A stretch of 59,444 bases of DNA, filler included, from Basidioascus undulatus (lineage: Eukaryota), in the NCBI GenBank assembly GCA_000826855.1. It is 6 parts of 6 records of this genome, joined end to end, with 100 filler letters (N's around TTAATTAATTAA, not from the genome) between each part and the next. Parts side by side here need not be neighbours in the genome. Positions count along the whole stretch, not along the records: positions 19,546 to 46,497 come from JTLS01000175.1; 5 more parts are not named here. The stretch is one strand, 5' to 3'. This document shows positions 25,685 to 37,262 of the stretch, one piece after another (position 1 is the first letter of the stretch; every line of letters starts with the position of its first letter). Below the pieces are notes generated by a model. That model was given only the letters and a program-made list of their open reading frames with translations, had not been told where the DNA came from and did not search any database. Made by a program: the position numbers and the translations under genes.

Positions 25685-28600
25685 ATGGGGAAAAAGTCCA
25701 GGAAATCGGAAACGTCTACCACTGGTGGGGACGTAAATCCCAAGGTAGAGGACGTAGAGATGTCGGATACGGTCACGGTCAAGGTCGAGAAGCAGCACGC
25801 CTCGACCTCGGCGAGCAAGGAAGACGACGGGGACAGCAAAGGGTGAGTCCCACATTTGATCCAGGCGCCTACGGGAGGGTCCATTTCGCATAGGTGGTAC
25901 AGGAGGCTTGTAGTCTCATGCTTCGGAGGCGCAGCCGGCTCTGCAAGCGTGGAGGCGTTACTGACTGCCTTCTCCTGCAGAACTTCGACTCTCTTCGTGT
26001 CGTCTCTCCCCTTCTCCCTCACCTCCGACACCCTCCTCTCCGCCTTCTCCGACATCGGTCCCGTGCGCTCCGCGTTCGTTGTCAATGACCCAGAGACGAA
26101 GCAGTCCAAGGGCGTCGGCTATGTCACGTACGCGATGCGCGAAGACGCCGTGCGCGCGGCGAAGGAGATGGACGGGAAGCTCCTGTCCGAGGGCGCGGAG
26201 AAGCGGAAGTGCCGCGTCGAGTGGGCGCGGGGGAGGGCGACGCTGAAGGAGCGCAAGGCGAAGGAGCGGGAGGATGTGGCGGATGGGGAGAAGAAGGCGG
26301 CGAAGGTGCGTCTTCCTGCTCAGGCTTGGAAGTAGGCGAGGTGACCCACATGCTCCGGGGGACGGCCAGGCGCCTCGGCAACCTCGCGTCAAGCTCGAGA
26401 AGGACCCAAACGCTATCCGCATTCTCGTGCTCAAGGGCATCCCGGAGTCCGTCACGCAGAAGGAGCTGTACAAGCGCGTTCGGAAGACGGGCGAAGTCGA
26501 GTCGCTCGAGCTCCACGAAGGCGGCCAGGGTACGGGCTTCTGCCGCACTTATTCTTCTTTCAGACTGCTGATTCCCGCTCGCCCTGCCTTCAGCTCGAGT
26601 TATCTTCAGCACTCCCGCTGCTGCTCTCGCTGCTCAGCCGAAGCTTCACGCACACATCTTCAAGGGTGCTCATCTGTCCGCCGTCCTGCTCAAGCGCCTC
26701 GAAACCGCCCAGAGCGCCAAGGGCAAGATCAGCCGGAAGGGCCGTCTCATCGTTCGCAACCTGAGCTTCGAGGTACGCGCGAGCACTGGAACCAGTCCCG
26801 AACAGACCTGACACTTGCTGGCTGGCTGTTCACAGGTTACCGAAGAAGATCTGTACCGCACCTTCCTCCCCTTTGGCCCCATCCACTCCATCACCCTCCC
26901 CCTCCACAACCCCCCTTCCGACTCTTCCGACTGCAAGCCCCTTCGTAACAAGGGTTTCGCCTTTGTCTGGTACCTCTCGCGCGCCGACGCCGAGCACGCG
27001 ATGGCCGGCGCGAACGGCAAGCCGCTCAAGCCCGCAGAGGGCAAGAAGAAGAGCGAGCGGACGATCGCTGTGGACTGGGCGCTGAGCAAGGAGCGGTGGG
27101 AGCAGGAGAGGAGCCTGGAGGAGGAGAGCGAGAGCGAGGGATCGGCGGGCGAGGAGGACGAGGAGAGCGACGAGGTCAAGGTCAAGGCCGAGAAGGATGA
27201 GGACGACGAGGAGAGCGTCGACGAGGACGAGATCATGGCCGAGCTGGAGGGCGAGAGTGGGACCGACACTAGCGAGGGCGAGGACGAGGAGGACGAGGAG
27301 GACGATCGGCCGCCGCCGCTTGAGGACGGCCTTACCCTCTTCGTGCGCAACATCCCGTTCGAGGCCACCCAGGACGACCTCTACCAACTGTGCGTATCCG
27401 AACCACAACGCCGCATTTATCCATTTTGCTTCTTGACTGACGTTCATCTTCACAGCTTCAAGCAGTTCGGCAAGCTCCGCTACGCGCGCATCACGATGGA
27501 CTGGGAGACCGGTCGGTCGCGCGGCACAGGCTTCGTTGCGTTCTGGGAGCACGACGGCGCAAACAAGGCGCTCGAAGCCGCGGAGGCTGCGCGTGCTCAG
27601 CAGGGCAGCTTCGCCGCCTCGGGGGTTCGTCTTTCTCACGCGTATAGTATCTGTGCACAGTTCTAATGCACCTTGTCTCCATCCAGGCCAACGCCGTTCA
27701 AACCGTCAAGAACCCGTTCCAGGCACCCTCTCTCCTGACCGCGGACCCGTCGTCGTCGCTCGCGCAGCGCCTCTCGATCCAGGGCCGCGTACTGGACGTT
27801 ATCAAGGCGGTCTCGCGCGAACAGGCGGTCCAGAAGAAGGAGGAGACCGAGCGCGCGAAACAAAAGAGCGACAAGCGCAACGCGTACCTCATGCGCGAGG
27901 GCGGTAAGCATGCTTCCCCTCCTTTTCCTTCCGTGAAGACGTGCTGAAGTGGCGAGTATCGCAGTCATCTTCCCGAACCACCCCTCCGCGTCCACTCTCA
28001 CGCAGGCCGAGATCGAGAAGCGCGTTGCGTCGTTCAACGCCCGCCGGCAGCTTCTACAGTCGAACCCGTCGCTCTACATCTCAAAGACGCGTCTCTCGCT
28101 GCGCCAAGTTCCGCTCTTCGCGACGGACAAGACGCTCAAGAAGCTTGCGCTGCACGCGGTCAAGGCTTTCGAGGAGGAGGTCGCTGCGGGCGAGCGCGAG
28201 GCGCTGAGCCGGGACGAGCTCGAGGACGGCACGCTCTCGGAGAGCGCCGAGGCGGCGGACAAGAAGAGTTCCAAGAAGGGCTTCGGCAAGACGCGAGCAA
28301 CGGCCGTGATGCAGGCCAAGATCGTCCGGCAGCAGGACCGCCTCGACGCGACGACGGGCCTCGGCAAGTCGCGCGGGTACGGATTCCTAGAGATGCGGTC
28401 GCACAAGGACGCGCTCCGCGTCTTGCGCTTCGCGAACAACAACCCGGATCTGCCGCGCTTGATGCGCGGGTGGTGGAAGGAGGAGCTCGAGGGGCTCGTG
28501 GAGCGGCAGAAGGGTCTCGTCGACAATGAGAAGAAGGGTTCGCAGGAACGCCAGGAGGCGGAGACGCGCTTGGAGCGGTTGATGGGCAGGCTCGAGCAGC

Positions 28601-29127
28601 TCGAGACCGAGGAGGAGGCGAAGGGACACGCCGAGGGTGAGAGCGGCGCCGGCCGGCGCCGCGGGACGCTCATTGTCGAGTTCTCGATCGAGAACGTCCA
28701 GGTCGTCCGCAGGCGAGCCGAGAAGGCCGCTGCTTCCCGGGGCGAGGGCGTGCGCGCTGACCGGAAGCGCAAGGTACGTCCCCGACTTCCGGGATATCGG
28801 AATCGGTCCTCTACTCGATGACCCGTGCTCATGACCACGCTCTCGCCTTTCGTACAGGACCGCGCCGACGATGACGACGAAGACGCCGACGAGGGTTCCT
28901 CAAAACGCCCGCGCATGGATAAGGCGACTCGTTCCGACAGGCCTGGGGGCAAGGGCAAAGGTGGCGGCAAGGGCAAGGGACCGAAGGGCAAGCGGGACAA
29001 GGACCGCCCGCCCACGCCGTCGACCTCCGCGTCCGCGCCGGGCGACAAGTCCAAAGCTGAGGGTGCGCCTGCGCTCGGCCACTTGATCGGGCGCAAGCGC
29101 AAGGAGCGCAAGAAGCGCCTGGGCTAG
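25685..29127 (+). CDS. NOP4: Nucleolar multi-RRM protein Nop4/RBM28 (60S biogenesis)
   Basis: RRMs: STLFVSSLPF...SKGVGYV; GRLIVRNLSF...NKGFAFV...IAVDWALSK; TLFVRNIPFEAT...GRSRGTGFVAF; DKRNAYLMREG, NPSLYISKTRLSLRQVP, KSRGYGFLEM, LIVEFSIEN. Acidic linker and basic tail ending IGRKRKERKKRLG*. Confidence 0.93.
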
Positions 29128-30125
29128 TGGGGCGCTTTTGGGAGGGTTGGGGCGACGAATTAGAGCGGCCGGCGCATACACTGCCGCATTTTCCGTGATA
29201 ATGCTTTGGAAGGATTGCGTTGCGATGTGGTCAATTTGCGATCGGTACCTCACCGGTGCCTTCCTGTTGGGAAAGTCGGTGGGCGTGCATACTTAGCGTC
29301 ATGCGACTAATGCTTTTGAAAACTGTCATGAGCTGTCAGCGCTAATGATGGTCACTCCATAGTACAGAGAGGTCGAGACACGCCCCAGCCAGATGCATGG
29401 GTAGCGGTCGCGTGAAGTCGTGTGTCTCTTCCGAAGGCAAAGACTACCGGTACTGTCAACAATACGCCCCCGGTAAGCTATATGTCCCATCATGACCTGA
29501 TATTATTGCGGACAACTTGATGGAGGGAAGCATAGATCATCGATGGAAGAAAAGACGCAGTCGGCTGGCAGGTAGTTGACCAGTAAAACACAGAGCCGCA
29601 CTCTTCTCGCATCGATTTGCAAGTCCAGACAATACACGCGCCACATTGAGCACGAAAATACGTTCGAACATTTGCCCGTACTCAATCCATGAAACAACTT
29701 CTTTGGTCAGGCCCGTCGAATGAGTCGAACGCACTCAGTAGCCTGGCCGGCCAAGCCGGACCGCCGGTCCCTGGTCGGCCGGGCTTCCCGGCCCGTCGTA
29801 CGGACATGACGCCAATGTGGGGTAGGGATAATTATAGCAGTGCTTTGTGCCTGTCCGCTGAGCCGACATGGTCGCGGCCGGCAGTATCGATCGCTGCGAA
29901 GACGCTTCCTTCGGTATTCTTGCAGGCCTACAGCTGTACCTCTTCACCCCTCCGGCTTTACCTAAGAACACCGGCTTTATCTACCCCGCACAAGGTATTA
30001 AGACCCCACTCTTTCCCCTCATCAGGCCCAGGGCGCCCCGCATCTCCTTCCTTTCTCTTCCTGCCACTACCACTGTCCTTTCAACTGCTGTCGCTCTGAG
30101 ATTAACTACACGCTCCTCGAGGACA

Positions 30126-30543
30126 ATGGGAAGGCTTTCGAAGGACATCAAGATAAGACAAGCTCCTTTGGGAGCACGTCCCGGAGAGTACATGAAGCTC
30201 ACAGTGGCGCTTGTGTAATTGTTCACTCTCACGGTGACAACCTTCTGGGGTAGTTTCCTGTTCGGATATTATGCGGGAGTGTCAGGTATCATTTCATAAA
30301 CGCAAGATTCAATCTCGATGTCCCATTAACGGATTCTATACCGCAGGTGGCCTAATCAAGCTTGAGAGCTTCCAAAACGAGTTTGGCATCACCGGCAGCA
30401 ATACTCGCAAGACCACGTGCGTACTTCCCATCTTAGACGGGCTTCAGGAAATTAGTTAAACTTGACTGTGTGTTTGAACAGGTTGTAACCCTTCTGCTTG
30501 CTGGTGGTTTCTTCGGAGCCCTCGCCACTCCGCCTGTTACGAT
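30126..30543 (+). pseudogene. MFS sugar-porter pseudogene, N-terminal fragment only
   Basis: FWGSFLFGYYAGVS|GGLIKLESFQNEFG...|VVTLLLAGGFFGAL matches sugar-porter TM1-TM2 (consensus FLFGYDxG). In-frame TAA at 30216-30218. The sequence stops matching at about 30543. Confidence 0.7.
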
Positions 30544-30550
30544 AATCCAG

Positions 30551-31382
30551 TATCAAAGCGGCTGGATTATCGAAGGGAGACGTTATCGGTATTCAAGGGG
30601 TGGGGGCGCTGGGCAACCTCGGAGTCCAGTTCGCCAAGGCATTGGTATGTTTCCATCCTTGCTTCGTCTCGCGTGGGTCGGTCCGTCGTGTTGAGCACCC
30701 CAAGCCGCAACAGGGACTGAAAGTCGTCGGCATCGACAACCGCGAAGCGCCCCTTAAGCATGCGACGGAAATGGGCGAGCTGTCGGCGGATCTTGTCCTC
30801 AACTACGGGGACGGCGCCGAGCACGCGCTGAAACTGATCGTCCAGCTTGCTCCCGAGCGGACTTATCTTGGGGTGGACGCCATGGTTGTCACGAGTGAGT
30901 TTGGGTCTGCTCGGCGCGCAATTGTCAAGAATTGTGTAGCATTGACATTGTTTTTCTCCAGGCGACCCTCCCGAGTTCTTCGACTACGCGGCCAAGGTCA
31001 CCCGCAAGCACGGCACGGTCGTCGCCCTGAGCTGTTTGAGGGCAACCGTACGTCCAGGCTGCACCAATCCAACTTCCTGCGCACACCGCTTCAATTTGCT
31101 CCCAGGCAATTCCTTTCGATTGGACGGACTTCGTCTTCCGCGACATCCGCGTCGTGGGCTCCCTCGTGTCCACACCCGAACAGCTGAAGGAGCTGGTTCA
31201 ACTCGCGAGCGAGAAGGGCGTCCGCAGCCGGGTTCATGAGTACCCCCTCGGCCAGATCAACGAGATGTTCGACGACTGGCACACATACGTTTCTCGTTGC
31301 CGCACCGCCTCGACTTACACGCCCTTTCATCTTTCGATTTCAGCCGGACAGGGACGGCAAGATGGTCATCACCTTCGGTTGA
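30551..31382 (+). pseudogene. Zn-dependent (MDR) alcohol dehydrogenase, C-terminal half only
   Basis: IKAAGLSKGDVIGIQGVGALGNLGVQFAKAL|GLKVVGIDNR, GVDAMVVT, VTRKHGTVVAL, DFVFRDIRVVGSLV, GKMVITFG*. No N-terminal GHE/Zn-binding exons upstream. Confidence 0.78.
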
Positions 31383-31667
31383 ATGGGCGAGGGCGCCAGA
31401 CCCTTGATTCACTTTATTAAAATATGATTGTACCGCGCCACAACACGTGTTGGAGACCGTGGCGAACGGGGGTCTGCGATGAAAACCGTGAAAAAGTGTA
31501 TAAGCACTATATTGGAACCGAGATTGCACCGACGGCCCGCTCGGCCCGAGGCTCCGAGCGAGAACACATGCATGTCAACGTTTGCGAAGCATCTCTCCTT
31601 GTCCTCCTCCCCATCTTCCCGTTGCTCATCATCTGTATCACTCCTCCCATCTCACAATACTTACCGC

Positions 31668-33767
31668 ATGTCCGAGCTCCTTAATTTTGATCCGACCGAG
31701 TCCCCTCACCGGCGCTGGAACCCGCTCTCCCAGAGCTGGGTCCTCGTCTCCCCGCACCGAACCAAGTGCGCCTTGCTCGCCTTCACCTCATCCCTCCATC
31801 GAGAACCGTTTCTTATTTGGGGGGCGCGGGAGGAAACAGGCGCCCATGGCAAGGCCAGGTCGAGCCTCCCGCGAAGGGCGGCTTGCCCGAGTTCGACGAG
31901 AAGTGCTACTTGTGCCCGGGGAATGAGCGGTCGAATGGGGAACGGAATCCCGAATATGACAGCACTTTTGTGATTTGAATTGCGCTTGGGAATCCCTGTG
32001 GGATGGGCGGGCTCACAATCTTTACACATCCCAGTACTTCGTGAACGACTTCTCCGCCGTCTTCCCCCAGAACGTCAAGCCCCCTCCGTCCCCTCATCCT
32101 CTCATCAAGGTGCTTACCCCTCTGTCCACGTGCTGTTCTGTCCTCCTACCATGCCATGCTGCTTCCATTTGATGCCCCCTACCATTTCCGTGCTTAGCGC
32201 TCATCCTCTCCCCTCCCCTGCTCCCGTCAGTCCGAGCCCGTCTCCGGCCGGTGCTACGTCGTGTGCTTCCACCCCTCGCACAACCTCACGATTGCGCAGA
32301 TGTCTATGTCTCAAGTGCTGCGCATCGTCGAGGCGTGGCAGGACCTGTATGTCCGCATTCCGCACGAGGAGAAGGAAGTGCGGTATGTGCAGGTGCGTCG
32401 GGTCCCCCGTCTTCTGAAGCGCAGTCGAATACGATTCTGAGAGCTGGAGGTATACAGATCTTTGAGAACAAGGTCTGTCACGCAATGCGGCTTTTTGCCA
32501 AGAAGGAGGCTTACCATCAGGAGTAGGGTGCGATCATGGGTTGTAGCAACCCCCACACGCACGGGCAGATCTGGTTCGTCTTCGGCCCCTCCTCCCCCCT
32601 TCTCCGCCCTGAATTCCCCAATATCTACACCAACTTATTTACTTCCCTTCCTTCCTTCTCCACAGGGCGGTCTCCTACATCCCCGACGAGCCAGCCAAAG
32701 TACATTCCTTTGCCCTTCCCCCCTTTCCTCCCATCTCCCCAGGCTATCCCTTCTCACCCAGCCGTCCCCGCGCAGGCACTCGAGTCCCAAGCAGCCTACG
32801 CCGCAGACCCATCCAACGCCTCCCGCCCAGGGGTCAAGCTTGGGCGGACCGGGCGCCCAAGCATGCTGCTCGATTACGCGGCGTTTGAGCTGGAGGCGAA
32901 GGAACGGCTCATCTGTGCAAACGAGGACTTTATTGCTGTTGTGCGTTCAAGTCCCTCTCCTGTCCTTGTCATTCACAGTAAAGGCTGATGCGATTTTGGT
33001 GGGACAGGTACCCTACTGGGCTGTATGGCCGTTCGAGACGCTCGGTGCGCACACGATCCTGCCTGTACCCTTGGCGCTCGCGCTCGCTGATGAAGGATCG
33101 GAGGGACACAGTTCTGCCCAGGAAAGAGCACCTCCCCTCCCTGGCCGTCCTGACCGAAAAGCATCGCGCCTCGCTCGCTGAAGTGATCCGTGAAGTGACG
33201 TGCCGGCGCGTCTTCTCCATCCCCATCCCCCATCTTCCATTTTCTCCTCTTCTCTGGTTCTCGCACTCTGCAAGCTGATAAGGGTGGTGCGGTCTTGGCG
33301 GACAGATACGACAACATCTTCAAGTGCTCGTTCCCGTACAGCATGGGGCTGCACCAGCGTCCCATCGCGGAGGGGGGTGACCCCGCGTGGGACGATGCGC
33401 AGCTGCACATCCACTTCTACCCGCCGCTCTTGCGCAGCGCGTCGGTGCGGAAGGTGCGTAACCTCACCTCCCTACCTTTCTCCTCCACCGCTGTCCTTCT
33501 TCCACCGCCCGGTTTTAACCTCGCTCTCCTGATCTCTCCCCGCTGGATTAGTTCCTCGTCGGGTACGTCCCGATTCAGGAAGCTGTAAGAACAAGGGCGG
33601 ACATCCACGCTGACCCTTGGTGGATGTTCCGCGGGGCGGGGGTGGAAAACAGCTTCGAGATGCTCGCGCACCCGCAGCGCGACCTCACGCCCGAGCAGGC
33701 AGCGGACCGGATCCGCGAGACGACGAAAACTCACTACAGCCTCTTGGAGAATCCGGAGGCCGCTTGA
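31668..33767 (+). CDS. GAL7: Galactose-1-phosphate uridylyltransferase
   Basis: [118 protein letters not shown]. About 12 introns. Confidence 0.96.
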
Positions 33768-34300
33768 GTTGTACCATATGGACTAATCGGATGAATTATG
33801 GTCGAGCGGAGAAGGTCTGCTCGGCTGTCTGTTGTTCGAGCCTCGCCTCAACATGATAGTATGGGATTGTGCGAAGAGGGAGACATGAACATCCGCTCCA
33901 GAACCTCTGAGGGTCGGACCTGCGCCCTACTGCGCATGCGTTGCCGTGAAAGGAGTAAGACCGAGGTCAACCGGCTCAAGCGCAGGCGACGATGCAGGCA
34001 GTGACGTGTCTGAGAGAACTTATGGCTGCACGGCTGAGTGTCTGAGTTCGACTGCCTTCCTCGCGATAGTGTTAATCTCGGAACCCATTTAGACAGAACG
34101 CGCAGTGGCGACAACTGACAACGGGGTGTGAGCATCCTGCGCGATCGGAGGACGGCCCAGCCTCTCATTGCTTTCGCAGCCAGCAGCCCTCGGTTCATTC
34201 GTTCCTTGAGCAGATTTATGCAACTTTTGGGTTGCCAGGCATTACAGACGCAGACAGAGTATTTTGTACGTGACCAACGACGTGGTCCATGAAAGCACAT

Positions 34301-35460
34301 TCAGTCCTCATCTTCCTTTACAATTTTCGTCCTCGAGTTGAGGGAGCCCAGGTCGGTATCACGGCTGTTAGTAAAAGCAACGTGTAGGTCGGACGACATG
34401 TTCGGCCGCAGAACATGGGCGACGGGCACGTATTGCTCCTCGTGAGGGACCACTTGTAGTTCCATGGCCGGCGTAGCTGCGCCGGAAGTCTGAGCCTGAG
34501 AATGTAATCGTGACCTATGAGGCATAAACATTGGGCGAAAGCTTAGAAATTGGCCTTGGGCTGGGTGTAGAAGGACTCATGAGAAGCGCACCTGCTGCTT
34601 CCCACAACCTCAACGCGCAGCCTCAGACGCATGAAAACGCGGGTCGCAGCTATGCCGACGGAGATCACCGTTGGACGCTGGAGAGAAGACAAGAAAATTC
34701 CAGCCAATTGTATTCAAATTTATGGGACCACGCTTACACTCATGATCATCTCCATGGCGGAGTTGAGGCGAATGGTAATGAAAACCTGAACATTTCATCG
34801 CTGAGCAAGCCGTGCAGCAAAAATCTGATAAGGTCCCTCTTCGTACCGATTGCTGAAATCAGTAACGCTCATTATGAACCTGAAGAGAGGACTCACAAGT
34901 GTGTGCATGATGCAGACGACTGCGAAGTAGGAAAGCTGTGTCTTGGCTGAGTCAGGCATTGAACGGAAGATAGTGGACAGACCCTTGTCCCAGCAAAGGC
35001 GAACGGAAGGTGATTTCCTGTACAAGTACAAATCACTTACACCGTCTTTCTGTAAAAGCTCAATGACAGTGCTGTGGACAAGCGCCCTGTCCTTGATGTA
35101 GTTCCATCGGAGGCGTCCGATAGTGAGAAGCACCTGCAGTGTACATAGTATCAGATGGCGTTGTTCACACAAGGTAACTTACAAGAGATGTACGATTGTA
35201 AAGTCACATCCGACCTGCAGGCATTCAACATGGCCGTTTCAGCGACATAGCTGAGTCTTCAAGGGCGGAACTTACGAGATAAAAGTATAACATGCTCATG
35301 ATGTTCTGTAGCGTGACGTTAGTCGATTGGCATGAGACTGCGGAGCGTGAAAACACACCGATGGTATTTGTGAGGTGATCAGACATGCAGGTCCTTCGAC
35401 ATAGCGTCCTTGTCTGCACAGGGAGGGAAGTGAGTAGGGACCCTGCGGTGCTCAAGTTGC
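34301..35460 (-). pseudogene. Heavily decayed membrane-protein-like remnant
   Basis: Hydrophobic helix-like stretches (VIELLQKDGV, LSYFAVVCIMHTL, IQLAGIFLSSL) broken by many stops. AT-richer than intact genes. Confidence 0.25.
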
Positions 35461-37262
35461 CCTCAAAGCCTACCCGCAGTTTGGAACATCCTATAGAGTG
35501 TCATGTGTCAGCTCCTCAGCCGCTCGTGAGGGGATCACCTAATTGACCAGAGAAACGTACCCCAGCACCACAACGCGAGCACTGGGATGGTAATCCGCAC
35601 GGATGACGGGACACAAGAAGCCAACTTCAGCCTACATTTCACCAATATTGTAGTGAGGAATGCTTGCATCGGTATATTGCGATTCCACACCGCCACGCAT
35701 CTGCACCAAGCATGCGACGGGAAACGCACGGTTCAGACACCTATCATGTACGAGTTGGGCAAGGCGTTCAAAACTGAAAAAATCACCTGATGGCCAAGGA
35801 ACTTGACGCAGAAACTGCTGAAAACCTACCATAAGCTAACAACCGCTCGAGTCAGCATCCAGCAATAACAACCGAGAAGACGGAAGCTTGAGGTACCCAA
35901 TTGATCTTGAGCAGTACACCACAAGTGACGGGTGTGGACATGTTAAGGCTGAAGAGATCAATCTGATCAGAACGAGGTTCCTGCGCAAGTATTACTGCGG
36001 GACACTCACGACATGGTGGACAATGTCGCCGTGCCCAAGGTCGCTTAGCGACAAACAAGGTACAGCACCATCCCGACCGAAGGCAGGCAGCGCTCTCTAC
36101 CCGAATAGAGAGACCATTCAAAGCGTGCTGTTACCACGTCAGTATCCGTCTCAGACTAATTATTGCTACCCTGGCGCTCCCGGCCAACTCGAAGTGATGA
36201 AGATACGAACATCTCCACACATAAACTCCGAGGAAAGCGAATATGAGGCCCTTCACGACCCTTGCGTCACGAACGAGCTCCTCCTGAGAATTGCAATCTG
36301 TCGCCATGGTGGTATTTGAGCGGTCAGGAGCTCGAGGTCGTTGCCGCAGGGTGAGGTGGTCGCGACGCAGAACGATGTTTGGTATCGAACGGGCAATCCC
36401 CGTCGATGTTTTTGTGTGTTTTCCGCACGCAGCAACACCCGGCGATAGAGCCATACAAAACTACATATCGACAATTCGAGCATCAAGATTCAAACCTGAT
36501 GAGGGTCTTCGCGAAGCGGCGGTAAACCTGCAGGACCCTTGAATCCCCCCGAAACAGTTAACGCCTGTTGGTATGTATGAATATCAGCCTGAGTAGCACC
36601 AGAAATCCGGTAAGACCAAAGTAATGTTTTATAGTGGGCAGACCTCCATCTGCGTCCTGATTGGAACGACGCCCAGCGAGGCAACGCACACACGCGCAAC
36701 ACAACTATTTAGTTTCCAGGCTTGCGAGGTGCAGCTTCGCCATGCCAACGTCGCTAGAGGAGAGTGTCGGAACATACATATCACCTTTCGTCTGCTTTTA
36801 CACAGCCAATGCAACGCTGGTAGCCCCGGACCGTCCTGCAGGGTCACGGCGAAGCGCTTTGCACAACTTGCAATCTTGCTCGTAGGTTGCAACATACCTA
36901 CTTTCAGATATCAATGTATCGCCCCAACGGGACCATTGCGCTTGGGAAACTCTTGGCAATATATGCGAAATGCTGTATTATACCCGTCAACTGTCAGGTC
37001 GAAGCGACAATATGTTGCACTTTCCGTCGAATTCGGACTCCTGGAATGCAATGGCAGCGGGTGACCATGTGCGCAATGCAGACACGAAACGCCGCTCAGC
37101 GCTGGACCTGATATGGCACGGATTCGTTGCGAATGATCAAGAATTTCCACGACCTAGGTGTAACACTCTCATTAAATTTGGCAGGGGTTGTTCTTCACCT
37201 GGCGTCACGATCCCCTTCTCTTAGTCACAAGTCTCTTGCCCTCGTTACCAGCACACACAGAC

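Noticed and set aside
28074..29111. Long antisense ORFs (e.g. 345 aa here, also 26830-27639 and 2488-2880)
   Set aside because: They are shadows of GC3-rich sense genes (NOP4, ALDH) with no independent motifs.
29742..29796. GC-rich self-complementary stretch, and the short inverted repeat aatttagc...gctaaatt at about 44451-44475
   Set aside because: Too short and expected by chance at this composition. No ncRNA hallmarks.
35680..35712. FHTATHL resembling the alanyl-tRNA synthetase editing motif
   Set aside because: Short isolated match with no flanking similarity.
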